Of a stretch of 64,000 nucleotides of DNA, positions 56,411 to 64,000 are shown one piece after another. The notes beneath the pieces were generated by a model that was not told the origin of the DNA, did not search any database, and saw nothing but the letters and a program-made list of their open reading frames with translations. The position numbers were made by a program, and so were the translations under genes. The stretch's first letter is position 1; each line of letters begins with the position of its first letter. This DNA comes from an uncultured Methanosarcinales archaeon (GTDB lineage Archaea > Nanobdellota > Nanobdellia > Woesearchaeales > GW2011-AR9): the NCBI GenBank assembly GCA_964343575.1, contig CAYFJV010000002.1, forward strand, positions 195,585 through 259,584, given 5' to 3'.

Positions 56411-57232
56411 ATGATCTTAGAACAGCTCCTTGGTAATTCAATTTTTACTGAGGCAGTTAATGCTGCAGCTCTTGCAACAGAAGAAAAAGATAGAGAGTGT
56501 CGTTTTGCTGTTTATCTCTCACCTAAGGGAGATTTTTACTTTGATGATGTAGAACTTCGATCGCCTGACTCTACAGAGATTTCTCCCGAGCAAGTTCAGA
56601 TAAGGGTTGCTTTATCTGAGGAGAGTCGTCGTTCTGCTCCACCTCTCGAGAGTACAGGAGATAGTACTATTGACGATTTGAGACAGAGGCTTCTTGGAAC
56701 CTTGGGCATGATTAGGGCCCCTTCTTCTCATGCCCAAGGCCTTTTGAGAAGGGACAGATCTTTCACAGTTTATTCTATACCACCTGGTTTTGATCCTGAG
56801 AGTTGTGCTGAGGCAAGGTTTCTTTTGGGAGTTCATACACACCCAGTAAGTGGAGATTCTTTTATTGGTTACCCTTCCTGGACCGATTTATGCACAGAGT
56901 ATAACTTTTTTACCTCGAGGTCAGATCCAGCAAAAGGATTACATCCGGGTTCACTCTCAATGATTGTTGGTTCTAGAGTTGGAAAACCTGTCCTTACTTT
57001 TTATCAGTTTGATAGGACAAGGAGTGCTCTCCCAGATGGGGAAAACCCTCCTGGAGAGCTTTTTGTTCCAAGTTTTGAGGGAGAATACATTGAGCAGATT
57101 GGTAGTCGGGATCTTCAAGCAGAAGAAGTAGCGGGGCTCCTTGATTTTTATGGGTTTTTGCATGCAGAAGTTCCTTTTCCAGTTCCAAAAGGTTATGACC
57201 TTGCTGGGGCCATTTCTCACTTTCAATGTTAG
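56411..57232 (+). CDS. Hypothetical protein with JAB/MPN+-like metal motif
   Basis: DRE..F ... GVHTHP-x9-PSWTD resembles E...HxH..SxxD; ATG 56411 follows the TATA tttataaa. Confidence 0.6.
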   Translation: MILEQLLGNSIFTEAVNAAALATEEKDRECRFAVYLSPKGDFYFDDVELRSPDSTEISPEQVQIRVALSEESRRSAPPLESTGDSTIDDLRQRLLGTLGMIRAPSSHAQGLLRRDRSFTVYSIPPGFDPESCAEARFLLGVHTHPVSGDSFIGYPSWTDLCTEYNFFTSRSDPAKGLHPGSLSMIVGSRVGKPVLTFYQFDRTRSALPDGENPPGELFVPSFEGEYIEQIGSRDLQAEEVAGLLDFYGFLHAEVPFPVPKGYDLAGAISHFQC

Positions 57233-57260
57233 TAAGTTGTTGTTGTCTAGAAAGAAGTGG

Positions 57261-59114
57261 TCATTTCTTGCAAATGATCTTCTTCAGCTTTGCTTTGCCT
57301 TTCCAATCAAGCGCATGCTCAAGTACTTCTTCAAGAGTTTTCACTGGAATGATCTTAACTTTGCCTAACTTTTCTTTTTTGATGACAATATCTTGTAAGT
57401 TGCTGTGAGGAACAATAACTATTTTTACTCCGCTATCAATTGCAGCTTCAACTTTGTAAGAAACACCGCCCACTGGAAGCACTTCTCCTCGAACTGAAAG
57501 AGAACCTGTCATTGCCACTGATTGTTTAATTGGAATTTCTTTGAGCGCAGAGATGATAGAAGTTGCCACCGCAATGGATGCTGAATCTCCTTCTACTCCT
57601 TCATAGGTTTGCAGAAATTGAACAAAAATATCTTTGGTTTCTCTAATATCTTCACCGAAAAGTTTGAGAATAATTGCTGAGACGTTTTTGATTGCTTCTT
57701 TTGCAATCTCTCCAAGCTTACCAGTTGCAATCACTTCGGGTTTTTTGCCACCAAGAGTTACTGTGGATTCAATTGGAAGCATAATCCCTGAATGTGCTGA
57801 GCCTGAACCAATGACTGCAAGGCCATTTACCCTTCCAACCCTGGTTCCTTCGGTCACAATCACTTCATAGGATTTTTTGTTCTCAATATATTTGTCAGCA
57901 ATTTGCTGTTCAAGCGGTCTTGCTAATTTTCTTGCATTGTTCACGTGCTTTGTTTCTACAAGCTCTTTGCCTTCTTCTTTAGCAAGATCTCCTGCTGCTC
58001 TTACAAGTCCTCCGAGTTCTCGTAGGCGCACCGTAAGTTTGTTTTTTCTGCTTGCTCTTCGCTTAGCTTCCTCAACAATTTCTTTGATTGCGCCAACTGA
58101 GAAATGAGGGATTTTTCCTTTCTCTTTCTTGACTTCTTGAGCAACAAACCTCGCGATTTTGAGGCGGTTCTCTTTGTTATCTTCCATGGTATCATTCATG
58201 TAGATCTCGTAACCATATCCTCTGATTCTGCTTCTTAGGGCAGGGTGCATATTCTTAATAGTATCAAGGTTTCCTGCAGCTACTAAGATGAAGTCGCAAG
58301 GAACTGGCTGGGTTCTTACCATAGCCCCACTGCTTCGCTCTGATTGGCCAGTAATTGGAAACTTTTTTTCTTGAATTGCTGAGAGTAATTCTTGTTGTGT
58401 TCGTAGATCAAGAGTTGCAATTTCATCTATGAAAAGTACACCTTTGTTTGCTTTGTGAATCATTCCAGCGATGACTCTTTGGTTTGGTGGTGTTCCTAAG
58501 CCTCCACTTTGCAAAGGATCGTGTAGTACATCTCCTAAAAGAGCTCCTGCGTGCGCTCCAGTTGCATCATAAAATCCTGCTTCTTTGTCTTGGTTATCTA
58601 CAATTACTTTTGGTGCAATGACTTTTGCTCCACCTCCAAGGGCTCGTGGGCCCATATTCATAAGCACCGAGAATGCTACTAAAAACATCATTCCTCCAAG
58701 AAATAATGCAGCAAACATCACATCTGATTGGTAATGTGTTCTTGCCCACCAAGGAGCAATCATCACAAAGATTGCTAGAACAAATGATAAGAATCGTACA
58801 TTTTTGAAAGCATTTTTGGCATCAAGTTGAGCTCGTCTTACGGTCTCTTTTCCTTTTCCTGCTCCAACTGTCTTGATAATTGGTTCATTGTCATCTTCAG
58901 CGTTAGGATAAGCAATGACATCTTGGAGAGCAGATTTTGGTAACAGTTCTGAGAGAGCAATTCCCAGCATGGATTTCCCTGTTCCTGGTTCACCGATAAG
59001 CAGTACGTGTCTTCGCTGTAAGGCAGCTTTCTTGATGATGTTCACTGCCTCTTCTTGACCGATAACCTGATCTACTACCTTTTGTGGAACAGTGATATTT
59101 TTAGTAGATTTCAT
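57261..59114 (-). CDS. lonB: Archaeal membrane-anchored ATP-dependent Lon protease (LonB)
   Basis: GEPGTGKS, two TM helices, LFIDEI, catalytic EGDSAS and GGVSYK motifs. Confidence 0.97.
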   Translation of the reverse strand: MKSTKNITVPQKVVDQVIGQEEAVNIIKKAALQRRHVLLIGEPGTGKSMLGIALSELLPKSALQDVIAYPNAEDDNEPIIKTVGAGKGKETVRRAQLDAKNAFKNVRFLSFVLAIFVMIAPWWARTHYQSDVMFAALFLGGMMFLVAFSVLMNMGPRALGGGAKVIAPKVIVDNQDKEAGFYDATGAHAGALLGDVLHDPLQSGGLGTPPNQRVIAGMIHKANKGVLFIDEIATLDLRTQQELLSAIQEKKFPITGQSERSSGAMVRTQPVPCDFILVAAGNLDTIKNMHPALRSRIRGYGYEIYMNDTMEDNKENRLKIARFVAQEVKKEKGKIPHFSVGAIKEIVEEAKRRASRKNKLTVRLRELGGLVRAAGDLAKEEGKELVETKHVNNARKLARPLEQQIADKYIENKKSYEVIVTEGTRVGRVNGLAVIGSGSAHSGIMLPIESTVTLGGKKPEVIATGKLGEIAKEAIKNVSAIILKLFGEDIRETKDIFVQFLQTYEGVEGDSASIAVATSIISALKEIPIKQSVAMTGSLSVRGEVLPVGGVSYKVEAAIDSGVKIVIVPHSNLQDIVIKKEKLGKVKIIPVKTLEEVLEHALDWKGKAKLKKIICKK

Positions 59115-59187
59115 TGAGAACAGGTGCCCTTATCTTGGCTCTTTTATATATCTTCTGGAAGAAGGGGTGGGTAGAGAATTAATTGAG

Positions 59188-59958
59188 TTATTGTGCAGGA
59201 GGTGCTTGTCCTTTCTTTGCCTTTTGTTTTTGCAAACTCACATAAATCTCAGCAAAGGTTTTTTCTTGCTCAAGATGAATCTTTTTCTCGTTTTCTAAAT
59301 GCAGCATTGGGATAAAAGTGTAGGCTTTCTCTTTTTTCCCGGCTCTTGGTGGGAGAAGTTTGGTAAAGGTAAGTTTCTTTTTTTGCTCCTTTTTTGAGTA
59401 ATAGTTAATCTTATTGTAGACTTCATTGATGAGATCAGTGATATCTATCTTTTTATCTGGGAGAAGAGTCTTGAAGTTGACTGGTTTTTGTTTTTCAAGC
59501 ACCTTTTTCTTGCTCTCCATTGCACGTTGAAGCGCCTCGACAAGATCATGAATAGAAACTTTTCTGCTTCTTGGTTGTGGATTTCTTGGAATAAGTGTGT
59601 ACTTTTGTTTCTTCTGTTTGTCCAATGCTCGTTGGTCTGCATCGTCCCAATGTTCGTCATCAAGTTCATCATCTTCGGCTTCCATATCGTTGATCAGTCT
59701 ATCGAGATTGGAGATGTCGTGGTCGAGAAGATGTGCCGATTTTACTTTAAGCAGAATTGCTGCTGCCAGGAAAATCTTTCCCGAAACAATGAGGTCTGCT
59801 TCTTGCATTTCTTTGATAACTTGAATGAATTTTTGGGTCAGTTTTACAAGGTCAATGTCCCAGGGATCCATGCCTTCTGCTTTTACAAGATCGTAGAGCA
59901 TAGTTCGCCAAGTAACGTCGTCGTGTTCAAGAAGCAATTCATAAATTCGATCTTGCAT
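59188..59958 (-). CDS. scpA: Segregation and condensation protein A (kleisin)
   Basis: MDPWDIDL, FLAAAILLKVKS, LVEAL and TFIPMLHL..LEQEKTFAEIYV motifs. Confidence 0.92.
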   Translation of the reverse strand: MQDRIYELLLEHDDVTWRTMLYDLVKAEGMDPWDIDLVKLTQKFIQVIKEMQEADLIVSGKIFLAAAILLKVKSAHLLDHDISNLDRLINDMEAEDDELDDEHWDDADQRALDKQKKQKYTLIPRNPQPRSRKVSIHDLVEALQRAMESKKKVLEKQKPVNFKTLLPDKKIDITDLINEVYNKINYYSKKEQKKKLTFTKLLPPRAGKKEKAYTFIPMLHLENEKKIHLEQEKTFAEIYVSLQKQKAKKGQAPPAQ

Positions 59959-60090
59959 GGAGGGAAGTGGATTTTTTTCGTTTATAATGCTTTTTGTTTC
60001 TGTTTTGTCTTTTGCTGGGCTATTTTGTGGTAGAAAAGTTAATAAAGAGCAAGGCGGGATCAGGGGATAGCAAAGTGATTGGTGGAAAAT

Positions 60091-60195
60091 GGGCTTGTGG
60101 TCTAGTGGCTATGACAGTGCCCTTACATTTTTCCTGAGTGATTGGGAAAATAAGTGAGGCATTGATCCCCGGTTCGAGTCCGGGCAGGCCCACCA
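60091..60195 (+). tRNA. tRNA-Val(TAC) with 29-nt intron at 37/38 (60128-60156), CCA encoded
   Basis: Acceptor stem gggcttg/caggccc; T-loop ggttcgagtcc; anticodon stem gtgcc/ggcat; BHB ctta/taag with cat and tga bulges. Confidence 0.95.
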
Positions 60196-60234
60196 TATTT
60201 TTATCAGGTGGTTTCTTTTGTTTGAATAATAAAA

Positions 60235-61455
60235 ATGGATGCACAAGATATTTACGAGCCAGCAGAAGATTCATATCTGCTCAAAGAACAAGTACAATCA
60301 CATGCTTTTGGTCGCGTGCTTGATATGGGCACAGGCTCAGGAGTGCAGGCACTTTCTTTGGTGAAATCAGAGAAAGTCAAATCTGTTCTTGCAGTTGATA
60401 TTAATCCCAAGGCAGTTAGTGTTTTGCGTGAGAAGATTGCTAGTGGGGAACTTGGAGAGTTGAAGTATTATTCTGTTTTAGAAAGCGATTTATTCTCTAA
60501 TGTTGAAGGCTTGTTTGATACGATTATTTTCAATGCACCTTATTTGCCACAAGATTACATCGGTGGAAAGGCAGTAGTTGATCCAGCACTTTATGGTGGG
60601 AAACAAGGTTGGGAGATTTTGGAGCGTTTCTTTTTAGAAGTTGGAGATCATCTTGCTTATGGTGGACAAATTCTTGTTCTTTTCTCCTCTTTAACGGACA
60701 AGGGGAAGGTTGATGAAATCATTGATCTTGGTATGTATTCTTCTGAATTATTGATCGAGAAAAAGTTGCCGATGTTTGAGACTTTGTATATCTATAAAGT
60801 GAAAGCAAATGATGTACGTAATGCTTTGCAGTCGAGAGGAGTACATTCTTTGAAGTATTTTGATAAGGGCCGACGTGGCTTGGTTTATACTGGTCGATGG
60901 GATAAGAACTCTTTTGCAAAGAAATTTTTAGCGAGCAAAGAGGAAGTTACTGTTGCTGTTAAAGTTAAGAACAAGGAGAGTTTGGCGCATGGTCGGATTC
61001 GTAATGAAATCTATTGGCTTCGTAAGTGTAACGCAGAAGGAATTGGCCCTAAGTTGTACTTTTATGATAAAGAGTATCGTTATGTTGTTCGTGAGTTTAT
61101 TGAGGGAAAGTTTTTTTCAGATTTTTTGGAAGAGCATGCTGGGGATAAAGCTAAAGTTCTTGGTGTTTTGAAAGATGTTTTGCATCAGTGTTTTCTTCTC
61201 GATAAAATGAAGGTTACTAAGGACGAATTTACTCGTCCTTTGAAGAATGTTATGGTAAACGGGGGAGCTAAGGTTGTTCTTTTAGATTTTGAGCGTTGTA
61301 GAAATGATGAGCAGCCAAGTAATGTAAGCCAATTTGTGAGTTTTCTTGCTAATCAAGGTTATGTTGATAAAGAGAAAGCAATCTTGTTGAGTCAAGAATA
61401 TAAGAAAAGCTATGCTGAGAAGGAATATTCGGCTTTAGTTGCTTTACTTTGGTGA
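60235..61455 (+). CDS. HemK2/Mtq2-like methyltransferase fused to a kinase-like domain
   Basis: IYEPAEDSYLL, VLDMGTGSG, FNAPYLP; C-terminal GRRGLVY, VAVK, NE..WL, GPKL and LLDFE motifs. Confidence 0.88.
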   Translation: MDAQDIYEPAEDSYLLKEQVQSHAFGRVLDMGTGSGVQALSLVKSEKVKSVLAVDINPKAVSVLREKIASGELGELKYYSVLESDLFSNVEGLFDTIIFNAPYLPQDYIGGKAVVDPALYGGKQGWEILERFFLEVGDHLAYGGQILVLFSSLTDKGKVDEIIDLGMYSSELLIEKKLPMFETLYIYKVKANDVRNALQSRGVHSLKYFDKGRRGLVYTGRWDKNSFAKKFLASKEEVTVAVKVKNKESLAHGRIRNEIYWLRKCNAEGIGPKLYFYDKEYRYVVREFIEGKFFSDFLEEHAGDKAKVLGVLKDVLHQCFLLDKMKVTKDEFTRPLKNVMVNGGAKVVLLDFERCRNDEQPSNVSQFVSFLANQGYVDKEKAILLSQEYKKSYAEKEYSALVALLW

Positions 61456-61459
61456 TTTG

Positions 61460-61837
61460 TTAGGTTAAGGGTTTTAGGAGATAGATCCCTTGACTCCTTG
61501 TTTCTTCACAGAGCGCGCTTACAAAATCTTCTCTTTCTTGTCTTGAAAGCTCCCTTGGATGACAAACTCGGGAGTGTCTTACTAGCCAAGTAATGTTAAT
61601 TCCTGGAGCGGATCTAAACTCATAACTCCAGCCGAGGACTGGAGAAACTCCATAAAGAGTGTCTCTCCCAGCTATCCTCCCAACTCGAATGGCTGATCCT
61701 CTTCCAAAACTTGCACAGATCCCTCCTTCTCTCCTTCTAAAACCTACGCCAAGATACTCTCTTGATCCATCTTCTTCTCGAAGCATTCGTAGACCAAAGA
61801 CACTTATCTTTGGGGGGAACTCTCTGAATGTGTTCAT
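61460..61837 (-). CDS. Hypothetical protein
   Basis: Open frame of ~125 aa with an SD-like gggag before the ATG; no recognised motif. Confidence 0.5.
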   Translation of the reverse strand: MNTFREFPPKISVFGLRMLREEDGSREYLGVGFRRREGGICASFGRGSAIRVGRIAGRDTLYGVSPVLGWSYEFRSAPGINITWLVRHSRVCHPRELSRQEREDFVSALCEETRSQGIYLLKPLT

Positions 61838-61956
61838 GTTTTTTCTCCCTGCTGTCACTTTATAGATTTTTCTCCTAAAAACTCGATTTTTCTCTCAAAT
61901 TTCAGAAAAATGTGCCTATTTTCCAACAAACCATCAAGTATTCTTCTTGGGGGGAG

Positions 61957-62604
61957 TTAATAGAATTCCAATTGGTCATTAAGATAAGTTCCTTTCTTAA
62001 GCTCCACTGGACGCCAATCGTCTTGCACTAAATCTGCTTCTAGCCAATCGGCGAGCGCTTGGGGGTTGCCAATGGTTGCAGAAAGTCCTACAATTTGTGG
62101 CTGGATAAGCCTTTTGAGAAGTGTAAGGATGATTTCTAGGGTTGGGCCCCTGCTTGGATCATTAAGCAGGTGGATTTCATCAATGACAACGAGCTTTACT
62201 TCGGAAAGCCAAGCAACTTTGTGGCGAATAAGTGAGTCTAGTTTTTCTACTGTGAGTACAAGAAGATCGTTGTGGGCAAGGTAGGGGGAGGGTGAATCAA
62301 TGTCGCCAGTTGATTTTGCGACTTTGTAGCTGGTGCTTTCTAGAAGTTTTTGAAATTCCTTGTATTTCTCATTGGCAAGTGAGCGCAGAGGCACCAAGTA
62401 GATGGCTTTTCCTTTGTCTAAAGTGTTTGCAATAGCCATGCTTGCAACAAGGGTTTTGCCCGAAGCAGTTGGCGCGCAGATGAGCTGGCTTTTGTTTTCA
62501 AGAAGTCCGGCTTGCACTGCTTTTGCTTGGATGGGAGTTAAATTTGGGAATTTGTTATAGTTTGTTTTGAAGTACCCTGGCAAGTCTAGTTTGGCAATTT
62601 CCAT
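61957..62604 (-). CDS. Stand-alone RecA1 domain of a Ski2/Hel308-like helicase
   Basis: Q motif LTPIQ, APTASGKT, PLRSLANEK, TVEKLD, DEIH, SAT; ends just after the WRPVEL linker. Confidence 0.85.
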   Translation of the reverse strand: MEIAKLDLPGYFKTNYNKFPNLTPIQAKAVQAGLLENKSQLICAPTASGKTLVASMAIANTLDKGKAIYLVPLRSLANEKYKEFQKLLESTSYKVAKSTGDIDSPSPYLAHNDLLVLTVEKLDSLIRHKVAWLSEVKLVVIDEIHLLNDPSRGPTLEIILTLLKRLIQPQIVGLSATIGNPQALADWLEADLVQDDWRPVELKKGTYLNDQLEFY

Positions 62605-62999
62605 TTTCGTTTCTCTTTTGCTTCGCTTCTGTGGGTAGAAAACATTTTATAATTTTGTTGCCTGTTGGGAGGTGAAGGTTTGTTTTCCTCCTGTTTGTAC
62701 AGGGAAAGCTTGCTTTTCTAGAACTTAGTTCTAGTTGTCATTTCAATGTGATGAACTCCTAAAATCAAAAAATTTTGTTTTTTTAGAGCGAAGTTACTGT
62801 TTTTTGTGCCGTTTTCTCGTCGATTTTGCGAAAAGCTTATAAACGAAAATGGGGGTTTCGTTAGCAATTACGCTATATTTCCGCTAGATATCCGTCTGTG
62901 AAAACGAAAAAGGATCTTCGCCTTGGAGTCCTTTTCGGAATTTTTGTGGGTGGAAGTCTGAGGAAAGAGAGGTAAATTGACACGAGGTGTATGTAAGTA

Positions 63000-64000
63000 A
63001 TGAACGCAAAAAAAACTTTTAAACGGCTTACGGCGGTTGCTACCGGTGCAACTTTGCTAGGAGCTACAATGATGGGTGCGTTGGCTGCAGATTTGAGCGA
63101 GTATCCAGATATGTTTGTTTCAGAGGGAGCATTCGATGGAGCATTGGTTATTGGATCAATTGCAGATCCAGTGGACAACATAGCTATCACTGACATCGCG
63201 ACCAACATGTGGGTTGCAGGGGCAGATGCTACAACAAGTACTTCTGTTGAAGGAGATTCCTACAAGTTTGGTGAAGGCGGAAACATGCTTGAGTTCGAAG
63301 AAGGTCTTGTGAACTTGACAACCTTCCTAGATTCAGATGATCTAGACGCTCTTGATGCTTGGACAGTTGATACTTCCAAAGGATCTGGAACTTATGATCA
63401 GTATCTTCGATTCTCTTCAGACTCGTCTGCAAGGGTTGTTTTTGAGGAAGCTGATGATGAGGATGATACCACTGCACTCTTCCTGAAATTGAGTGATAAC
63501 GAGCAGTTTGCTCAGTACCACATGGATTTCACTCAGGATATCGAGTCAGACATCGTTTCCGGTGAGTGGGAAGATCTAGAAGATGAAGCTTTCTACATCT
63601 TAGGAAAAGAGTACTCTGTAGTTTCCACTTCCAACACTTCCGTTAGAATGGATCTTATGACTGGTACCGTTAAAGGGCTCCTTCAAGAAGGAGAGGCTCA
63701 AACCTACACAATTGATGGAACTGAATATGACATCGAGCTTCACTCCGTTGACTCCGACAGCGAAGCGAAGTTTATCATCAACGGTGAGCTTACTCGATCT
63801 CTTGCTGATGGTGAGACTGAAAGGCTTGATGGCGGTATCAACTTTGGTGTTAGCGATGTGACTAACCAGCAGATTACTGGTGGTATTCGTGATGCTGAGT
63901 TCTGGCTAGGTGCGGATAAGATTCGAATTGAAGACTCCGCTACTATGCAAGTAAACGATGAGTCTATCAACGGTCTTGTGTCTGAAATTACTAACTCTCA
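63000..64000 (+). CDS. S-layer protein, 3'-partial
   Basis: MNAKKTFKRLTAVATGATLLGATMMGALAADLSEYPDMFV...ALVIGSIA..VDNIAITDI, typical of DPANN/Methanococcales-type S-layer N-termini; very acidic; SD GAGGTG. Confidence 0.82.
   Translation, partial: MNAKKTFKRLTAVATGATLLGATMMGALAADLSEYPDMFVSEGAFDGALVIGSIADPVDNIAITDIATNMWVAGADATTSTSVEGDSYKFGEGGNMLEFEEGLVNLTTFLDSDDLDALDAWTVDTSKGSGTYDQYLRFSSDSSARVVFEEADDEDDTTALFLKLSDNEQFAQYHMDFTQDIESDIVSGEWEDLEDEAFYILGKEYSVVSTSNTSVRMDLMTGTVKGLLQEGEAQTYTIDGTEYDIELHSVDSDSEAKFIINGELTRSLADGETERLDGGINFGVSDVTNQQITGGIRDAEFWLGADKIRIEDSATMQVNDESINGLVSEITNS

Noticed and set aside
60196..62604. Integrated element at the tRNA-Val 3' end
   Set aside because: No integrase and no duplicated tRNA 3' end (att site) seen in the window.

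Overview
Archaeal chromosome segment, most consistent with a DPANN / Nanobdellota (Woesearchaeota-like) organism. The evidence is archaeal-type r-proteins (S4e, L32e, L19e, L34e, L14e, S8e), aIF1, Rnp1, pelota, RFC, LonB, a tRNA with a BHB intron, Lys/Glu-tailed r-proteins and many leaderless TATA-driven genes. 1-16.2 kb is the S10/spc r-protein supercluster; adk and cmk are missing and a bacterial RsuA-type pseudouridine synthase sits where Cbf5 usually is. pheST, TrmB, pelota, rfcS, cysS, eno, gap, Sua5, lonB, scpA, tRNA-Val(TAC) and the start of an S-layer gene follow. Two blocks of acidic, Cys-rich surface proteins (22.8-29.5 kb and 35.7-47.5 kb) contain class III (pilin-like) signal peptides, three paralogous lipoproteins, an 1858-aa giant protein and a secreted lytic transglycosylase (SLT), together a candidate bacterium-targeting surface apparatus. 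Other notable items: a long RelA/SpoT enzyme with a degenerate hydrolase, a protamine/H1-like pentapeptide-repeat protein, a gene with a DGR-like variable region, a MITE-like element with target duplication, a candidate structured ncRNA and dispersed tandem-hairpin arrays. All calls come from reading motifs by eye; no searches were run.
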